A DNA stretch of 64,000 bases from Candidatus Poribacteria bacterium (GTDB taxonomy: Bacteria; Poribacteria; WGA-4E; WGA-3G). A program made the translations under genes and the position numbers. Location of the stretch: the NCBI GenBank assembly GCA_965214095.1, contig OZ243938.1, positions 1,984,001-2,048,000 of the forward strand, given 5' to 3'. Below are positions 58,133 to 64,000 of this stretch, piece by piece (within the stretch, counting starts at the first letter, position 1; every line of letters begins with the position of its first letter). Below the pieces are notes generated by a model. That model had not been told where the DNA came from. It saw nothing but the letters and a program-made list of their open reading frames with translations, and made no database searches.

Positions 58133-58972
58133 TTAAGTCGTTAATTGGACAACCTCTTGTTGAACAACTTCCTTTATTTTTCCATAAGATGCGGTTTTTG
58201 TTAATTCCTGCACCTCTGGTGACAAACGTTCAAAGATTGGTTCAGGCATGCCAGATCTACCTTCAAATTGTGGACGGTACCGAAGGATAAGGAAACGTCT
58301 ATCTCGATCCTTTGGTCTCCACTGTAGCACACCGTGGGTCAGAAGTTCAGAGATAACAAGAAAATCTCCTGCTTTAGGTGTTAGGTTGGTAAAAACATCG
58401 TCTGGTTCTGGATCAATACCGTCTGGTCCGGGTGTCAGTAGGTCTTCAGGTCGGTCAAATTGGCTTTTATGTGAACCGGGAATGACAATAAGTCCACCAT
58501 CACCAGGTTGTACATCTGTGAGGTAGAAAAACGCGACAAAGTCGTTGCAGTAGATTTGGCTATTCTTGACTTCATATCGTGTGAGCCAGTGCCGTCCTTC
58601 CCGAGCACAGTGTAGACCCGCAGGATTTGTTCCCATCGGCTGCCTATCAGGATTGTGCTGCTCAAGCGTGAGTGTGCCTGATACAAACCTTGGCATATCA
58701 AAGGTGAACTCTTTGACGAGAGGCCAAATAGCAGGATGTACCGTCATCGCTTCAAGTGAACGGTCAAAAGCGAATCCGTGTTCATATCTACCACCCTTAC
58801 CGGGTTCTAAATCACGAGGACGCGTTGTAAATCCCTCAGGACGTTCATCAAGTGGCATGTGGATATATCTATCAACTGCCTCTTGTGCTGTCTTCAGCGC
58901 ATCTCCTGTAACAGCAGATTTAATGTGTAAATAGCCTGTAACATCAAATAGATAACGTTGTTCTGGTGTCAT
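58133..58972 (-). CDS. phytanoyl-CoA dioxygenase (PhyH) family
   Basis: YLFDVTGY, GGLIVIPGSHK, KAGD...LTHG. Confidence 0.9.
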   Translation of the reverse strand: MTPEQRYLFDVTGYLHIKSAVTGDALKTAQEAVDRYIHMPLDERPEGFTTRPRDLEPGKGGRYEHGFAFDRSLEAMTVHPAIWPLVKEFTFDMPRFVSGTLTLEQHNPDRQPMGTNPAGLHCAREGRHWLTRYEVKNSQIYCNDFVAFFYLTDVQPGDGGLIVIPGSHKSQFDRPEDLLTPGPDGIDPEPDDVFTNLTPKAGDFLVISELLTHGVLQWRPKDRDRRFLILRYRPQFEGRSGMPEPIFERLSPEVQELTKTASYGKIKEVVQQEVVQLTT

Positions 58973-58984
58973 TCTATGTTCCTT

Positions 58985-59800
58985 TTAGGTTAACTGGACA
59001 TGTTCCTGTTTAACTATATCCTTAGTATGTGTATAGTGTCCGTGTTGTGCAAGTTCGCGTGTTTCAGGTGAAAGTCGCTCCATCACCTCAGGTGGAAATG
59101 GGTCTCTGTGTCCTCTATTATCTTGGAAAAACTGCGTCTTATAGCGTAGGATGAGAAATCTACGATACCGTTCCTTCGGTTTCCATATCAGAACACCGTG
59201 TGTCAGCAATTCAGACATGACGATTGCATCGCCTGCGCGTGCGGTAACATTAACGAGGGCAGGATGTAGTTCATCTGATGGATTCTCTGGGTCGGGGAAG
59301 AAGATACCTTCTGGTCTTTCAAAATTCGCTTTATGAGAGCCCGGTAAGACGACTAACCCGCCATCACCCGGACAAACATCAGTGAAATAGAAAAAGATGG
59401 CAAAATCGTTATTGTGAATATGTCCATTTTTAGCGACATATCTACGTGTCTGCCATCCGCAATCTTCGCGAGCACAGTGCAACTTCCCGAGAACCTGATC
59501 GTGCTCAGAACCTTTCGCAACCAGAGAACCCCGATTAAAACGTGGTCTATTGCTGGTCAATTCTTTTACAATTCCCCATGTTTTTGGATGAAGTGTGAGT
59601 GCCTCAAGCGATTTGTCAAACGAAAAACCGTTGGAAAACCCACCACCACCATAACTTATACCGGGTGGGAGTTGGTCTGCGGGTGTTTGGACGCACCGTT
59701 CAACAGCATCCTGAGCGTTTTCCAACTCCTCTTCACTGAGAACATTTTTTAGGTGGATATATCCCGTTAAATCAAAAAGGTATCGTTGTTTAGGAGTCAT
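58985..59800 (-). CDS. phytanoyl-CoA dioxygenase (PhyH) family, tandem paralog
   Basis: YLFDLTGY, LVVLPGSHK, AGD...LTHG. Confidence 0.9.
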   Translation of the reverse strand: MTPKQRYLFDLTGYIHLKNVLSEEELENAQDAVERCVQTPADQLPPGISYGGGGFSNGFSFDKSLEALTLHPKTWGIVKELTSNRPRFNRGSLVAKGSEHDQVLGKLHCAREDCGWQTRRYVAKNGHIHNNDFAIFFYFTDVCPGDGGLVVLPGSHKANFERPEGIFFPDPENPSDELHPALVNVTARAGDAIVMSELLTHGVLIWKPKERYRRFLILRYKTQFFQDNRGHRDPFPPEVMERLSPETRELAQHGHYTHTKDIVKQEHVQLT

Positions 59801-59895
59801 TTTTTACACCATGTGTTCTTTTTAGGTGAATTGTATCATATTTTTGAAATTTTGAAACAAAATTCATTGCATATCATGGAATGAGGAAATATATA

Positions 59896-60744
59896 CTACG
59901 CAGTTACATCTTTCACACAACGAAAACCGAGGTTATACTCTGTATTCCAAGGCGGGTAGTTATTACGAAATGTAATACGCAAAAATCTTTCATCATCGTT
60001 CCATGCACCCCCACGCTGAACGCGTTCCGTTCTTATTTCTCTATGATTTTCCACGACATCAACTATTCTTTCTGCTCCTCCAATCGGATTACTTTTCGGT
60101 GAATTGGTGAAAGGATAGTGGTATGCATCCAAACACCACTCCCACACATTTCCAGCCATATCGTATAAACCGTATCCGTTGGCAGGATAACTTCCTACCG
60201 GGGCAGTCCACTTGTATCCATCATCTGCATCCATATTTGACCACTCATTGTCTGTATTTTTATCAGCGAAATTACACTGTGTGCCATCAGGCAAGGTGTT
60301 GCCCCACGGAAACTGTTTGCCTTCCAAGCCACCCCGAGCAGCCTTCTCCCATTCAGCCTCAGTAGGCAGGCGTTTTCCCAACCATTTTGCATACGCCATC
60401 GCTGCATGCCAACTCACAAAAGTAACCGGATGATCTGCATGTCCTTCTGGGTAGTTGTTATCACGCCAGAGTACCAAGTATCCTTCTGCGTATCCTTGGT
60501 AGATGCGATCCTTTCGCCAGTGTAGATTTGCATCTACGAACGTTTTATATGCTGCATTTGTCACTTCGTGCACATCCATATAAAACGCATCCGTATAAAC
60601 AGGGTGTAACGGGTGTCTATTGTCATTTGGATCTGCATCGGGACTCCCCATTTGGAATTCACCTGCTGGAATTAGGACCATCCCATCTAAAGAAGCATCA
60701 TCGTTATTTGCCGTATCAGTTGTTGTCGTATATGTCATTTTCAA
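59896..60744 (-). CDS. formylglycine-generating enzyme (SUMF1/FGE-sulfatase) family protein
   Basis: IPAGEFQMGS, EVTNA.Y, RLPTEAEWEKAARGG, DMAGNVWEW, LGFRC. Confidence 0.92.
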   Translation of the reverse strand: MKMTYTTTTDTANNDDASLDGMVLIPAGEFQMGSPDADPNDNRHPLHPVYTDAFYMDVHEVTNAAYKTFVDANLHWRKDRIYQGYAEGYLVLWRDNNYPEGHADHPVTFVSWHAAMAYAKWLGKRLPTEAEWEKAARGGLEGKQFPWGNTLPDGTQCNFADKNTDNEWSNMDADDGYKWTAPVGSYPANGYGLYDMAGNVWEWCLDAYHYPFTNSPKSNPIGGAERIVDVVENHREIRTERVQRGGAWNDDERFLRITFRNNYPPWNTEYNLGFRCVKDVTA

Positions 60745-61012
60745 TTCCTATGATTTCTTTTGTTTCAATTTTATATTCTACTGTGCAGTTTGTCAATGAA
60801 AAGAGGGATGTAGTTTTCAGTCATCAGCAATCAGTTATCATTTTCTCTGTAAAACCGTTCCCATTAGATTGTATCCTATTTGTGCAAGTACCAAACACTT
60901 TTCAATCTTGTGTTTCAGAGAATAGTGGTTCATATACATTTCATTTACACAAAGACCTTTAAAAATAGCAAATTGCATAGTATAATATCTAAAAACGACA
61001 TGGAGGTAGTAT

Positions 61013-61927
61013 ATGAAACTCGGATTTGCAAGCGCAATTTTACCTGACCAAACATTAGCACAAGTCGTACAATTCGCCTCAAATACAGGCTATGATTGTG
61101 TTGAATTGATGTGTTGGCCGAAAGGAAAAGCGGAACGACGTTATGCTGGCGTTACTCATATTGATGTCGCAGCACTTACCAATGCGGAAGTTGACCTAAT
61201 TCTACAATGTCTGTCGGATGCGGAAATAACGATTAGCGGATTAGGCTATTATCCAAATCCACTAACACCAGATGAAACAGAAGCAAATATCTACAGCGAA
61301 CACCTTAAAAAACTGATATTGGCAGCAAAACGACTCTCAGTAGACATTGTAAATACATTCATCGGTAGAGATCAGACACGCACAATAGACGGCAATTGGG
61401 AAAGATTCAAACAAGTATGGAAACCGTTAATACAATTTGCAGAGGACAATGGAATTCGTATCGGCATTGAGAATTGTCCAATGTTCTTTACAGAAGATGA
61501 ATGGCCTGCTGGACAAAATCTTGCCTACAGTCCAGCGATTTGGGAACGGATGTTTAATGAGATTCCATCAGAGAATTTCGGACTCAACTTTGACCCGTCC
61601 CATTTTATCTGGCTTCAGATGGATTACCTGAAACCGCTTGTTACTTATGTTGATCGTATCTTTCATGTGCATGCAAAAGATGTGCGGTTAGATAGAGATA
61701 AACTTGATGAAGTAGGTATCCTCGCAACACCACTTGCATTTCACACACCGAAACTGCCGGGACTTGGCGATGTGGATTGGGGAAAATTCTTCTCTGTCCT
61801 GGGCGATACTGGGTATGATGGTTCGGTCTGCGTTGAAGTAGAGGATCGCGCGTATGAAGAAACATTGGAATCACGCCAACGTGCCTTAAGACAGAGTCAT
61901 ATCTACTTGAGACAGTTCATCGGATAG
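61013..61927 (+). CDS. sugar phosphate isomerase/epimerase (AP endonuclease 2 TIM barrel)
   Basis: [30 protein letters not shown]. Confidence 0.9.
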   Translation: MKLGFASAILPDQTLAQVVQFASNTGYDCVELMCWPKGKAERRYAGVTHIDVAALTNAEVDLILQCLSDAEITISGLGYYPNPLTPDETEANIYSEHLKKLILAAKRLSVDIVNTFIGRDQTRTIDGNWERFKQVWKPLIQFAEDNGIRIGIENCPMFFTEDEWPAGQNLAYSPAIWERMFNEIPSENFGLNFDPSHFIWLQMDYLKPLVTYVDRIFHVHAKDVRLDRDKLDEVGILATPLAFHTPKLPGLGDVDWGKFFSVLGDTGYDGSVCVEVEDRAYEETLESRQRALRQSHIYLRQFIG

Positions 61928-61931
61928 CAGT

Positions 61932-63107
61932 ATGAAGCAATTTGAGTGGCTGCAAACAGAGTATTCTGAGCTCGAAACGGCAGGATTAGCACGACACTTA
62001 CGCACCGTAACGAGTGCACCGACAGGCACAATCAACCTTGATGGACGCGATGTTGTGAACCTTGGTTCAAACAACTATTTGGGGTTAAGTACACACTCCG
62101 AAGTCATCGCTGCAGCAGTTGAAGCAACACAAGTTTATGGTACAGGTGCAAGTGGTTCCCGTCTTATATCTGGCAACACTGAACTCTATACAACTTTGGA
62201 AACTAACCTTGCAAAAATAAAAGGTGCTGAAGCTGCGCTTGTCTTTAGTTCGGGATATGCTGCCAATTTAAGCATCATTCCGGTGCTTGCTGGGGAAGAC
62301 GATCTCATCTTAAGCGATGCCTTGAATCACGCAAGTATCATTGACGGGTGCCGCCTCAGTCGCGCAACAAAAAAGGTCTATCAACATTGTGATGTGGAAC
62401 ACCTAAAGACACTATTAGCCGAGTCCTCTGAATATAGCCGTAAATTGATTATTACAGATGGCGTTTTCAGTATGGATGGAGATATTGCTCCGCTACAGGA
62501 TATTTACGATGTTGCCTTAAATTATAATGCAATGCTGTTAGTAGATGACGCACACGGTTTTGGGGTTTTAGGAAAAGATGGAAGTGGCACTGTCGCACAC
62601 TTCGGACTTCAAGATACAGATATTATTCAGATGGGTACGTTAAGTAAAGCAATAGGCGGTCTTGGTGGATATGTCGCGGGGAGTCGTGCGTTAATTGAAT
62701 TGCTCATTAACCGAGCGCGCGGTTTCATTTTCACCACAGGATTGCCACCCGCAACCTTAGCAGCAGCAGACGCAGCACTCAATGTTATACGTTCTTCATT
62801 GGATTTACGGCAACGTCTACTAAAACATGCAGATACATTGAAAACGGCTCTAACGAACATTGAATATACCTTATTACCGAGCCAAACACAGATTTTGCCT
62901 GTAGTATTAGGAGAACCGCAACGTGCAACTGACGTTGCTGAGGCACTCCTTATGAAAGGTGTATTCGCACCTGCAATTCGTCCACCTGCGGTGCCACCGG
63001 GGACAAGCCGTTTACGTGTAACTGTCATGGCAACGCATACAGATACTGAAATCCAAAAAGCAATAGATGGGTTTGCTTGTGTTACTCACCTTGCCTCTAA
63101 GAGGTAA
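61932..63107 (+). CDS. bioF: 8-amino-7-oxononanoate synthase
   Basis: SNNYLGL, GSRLISG, SGYAAN, NHASIIDG, DDAHG, GTLSKA, AIRPPAVP. Confidence 0.9.
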   Translation: MKQFEWLQTEYSELETAGLARHLRTVTSAPTGTINLDGRDVVNLGSNNYLGLSTHSEVIAAAVEATQVYGTGASGSRLISGNTELYTTLETNLAKIKGAEAALVFSSGYAANLSIIPVLAGEDDLILSDALNHASIIDGCRLSRATKKVYQHCDVEHLKTLLAESSEYSRKLIITDGVFSMDGDIAPLQDIYDVALNYNAMLLVDDAHGFGVLGKDGSGTVAHFGLQDTDIIQMGTLSKAIGGLGGYVAGSRALIELLINRARGFIFTTGLPPATLAAADAALNVIRSSLDLRQRLLKHADTLKTALTNIEYTLLPSQTQILPVVLGEPQRATDVAEALLMKGVFAPAIRPPAVPPGTSRLRVTVMATHTDTEIQKAIDGFACVTHLASKR

Positions 63108-63186
63108 TATCACACCTTATTACTACTTGAAATTTTCATCAATATGTGTGAAAATATGATAAATCTAAACAGAGAGACCTACCAAA

Positions 63187-63600
63187 ATGAGCACAAAAGC
63201 ACATGTGATTGATTTTGACGAACAGAAACCCGTAGACCGAGGTACTGGTGTTAAGACAGTGCCTTTAGCAGGTAAATGGCTTGATTCTACATCACTGACC
63301 AACGGCATAACGATGTTTGAACCCGGCGCAGCGATTGCCCGTCACTACCATAACTGCGATGAGTCTGTCACGATACTTGAAGGTGAAGCAACTTGTGAAG
63401 TTGACGGGGAAGTCTTTACCATGAATACTTATGACACAACCTTTGTTCCTGCTGGTATCCCGCATCGGTTTTGGAATGAGAGCGATGTCCAGATGAAGAT
63501 TTTGTGGACGTATGCATCAGTTGAAGTCACTCGGACTTTCACTGAGACAGGTGAAACGGTTGGACATTTATCTGCAGGTGACCAGGCGGTTGTATCATAA
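63187..63600 (+). CDS. cupin domain protein
   Basis: HYHNCDE...VPAGIPHRFWN. Confidence 0.9.
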   Translation: MSTKAHVIDFDEQKPVDRGTGVKTVPLAGKWLDSTSLTNGITMFEPGAAIARHYHNCDESVTILEGEATCEVDGEVFTMNTYDTTFVPAGIPHRFWNESDVQMKILWTYASVEVTRTFTETGETVGHLSAGDQAVVS

Positions 63601-63616
63601 AACAGGAGATGTGAAA

Positions 63617-64000
63617 ATGTCCGTACAGACCTATATTAAGGACAATCAAGCAGCGTTGTGTAAGTTGCTGCAAGAACTTGTCAAGATTCCTACCGTCAAT
63701 CCACCAGGGGAAAACTATACCGAGATTGTTGAATTACTTGAAGAGAAGTGCAATGCGTTAGGAATGAAGACAAGAGTCGTTAAGGTTACCAAGCGACGGG
63801 CAGAACAAGTTATATCAAACGTCTCTACCCATCCGAGATTAAACCTAATTGCACGTTGGGATGTTGGTGCAGAAAAGACGGTGCATTTCAACGCACACTT
63901 TGATGTGGTACCAGTTGCAGGAGAGTGGCGATTTGATAATCCGTTCAGTGGGAAGATTGATGGGGAATGGCTTTACGGACGCGGTTCCGATGATATGAAA
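63617..64000 (+). CDS. M20 (ArgE/DapE-like) metallopeptidase, 3'-truncated by window edge
   Basis: Manual translation LVKIPTVNPPG...FNAHFDVVP...LYGRGSDDMK. Confidence 0.88.
   Translation, partial: MSVQTYIKDNQAALCKLLQELVKIPTVNPPGENYTEIVELLEEKCNALGMKTRVVKVTKRRAEQVISNVSTHPRLNLIARWDVGAEKTVHFNAHFDVVPVAGEWRFDNPFSGKIDGEWLYGRGSDDMK

Overview
Bacterial, AT-rich window. The gene content suggests Candidatus Poribacteria or a similar sponge symbiont (inference, not a database result): internalin-like LRR proteins, TPR proteins, tandem PhyH dioxygenases, four Gfo/Idh/MocA oxidoreductases, a DUF1553/DUF1501 cluster and FlgD/T9SS-like C-terminal domains. Core genes are mqnD, argG, tilS, hpt and bioF, plus tRNA-Ile2(CAT), tRNA-fMet and tRNA-Leu(TAA). 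The most striking region is 10.6-14.2 kb. A tnpB-only IS200/IS605 element is inserted exactly at the argG start codon, separating argG from its leaderless promoter. An ISLre2/ISKra4-type IS sits inside it 16 bp upstream of the tnpB promoter, with a second copy at 31.9-33.4 kb. A second, non-coding IS200/IS605 derivative follows. The two IS200/IS605 elements differ in sequence but start their predicted transcripts with the same pseudoknotted RNA fold. Other notable items: a TIR + FRG-TPR gene pair (candidate NAD+-based defence module), a family of TA-bounded MITE-like elements wrapping GTAG-REP hairpins and nesting in each other, a beta/gamma-crystallin-flotillin-M6 protease cluster, an unannotated 55-aa half K+ channel ORF, and several pseudogenes.
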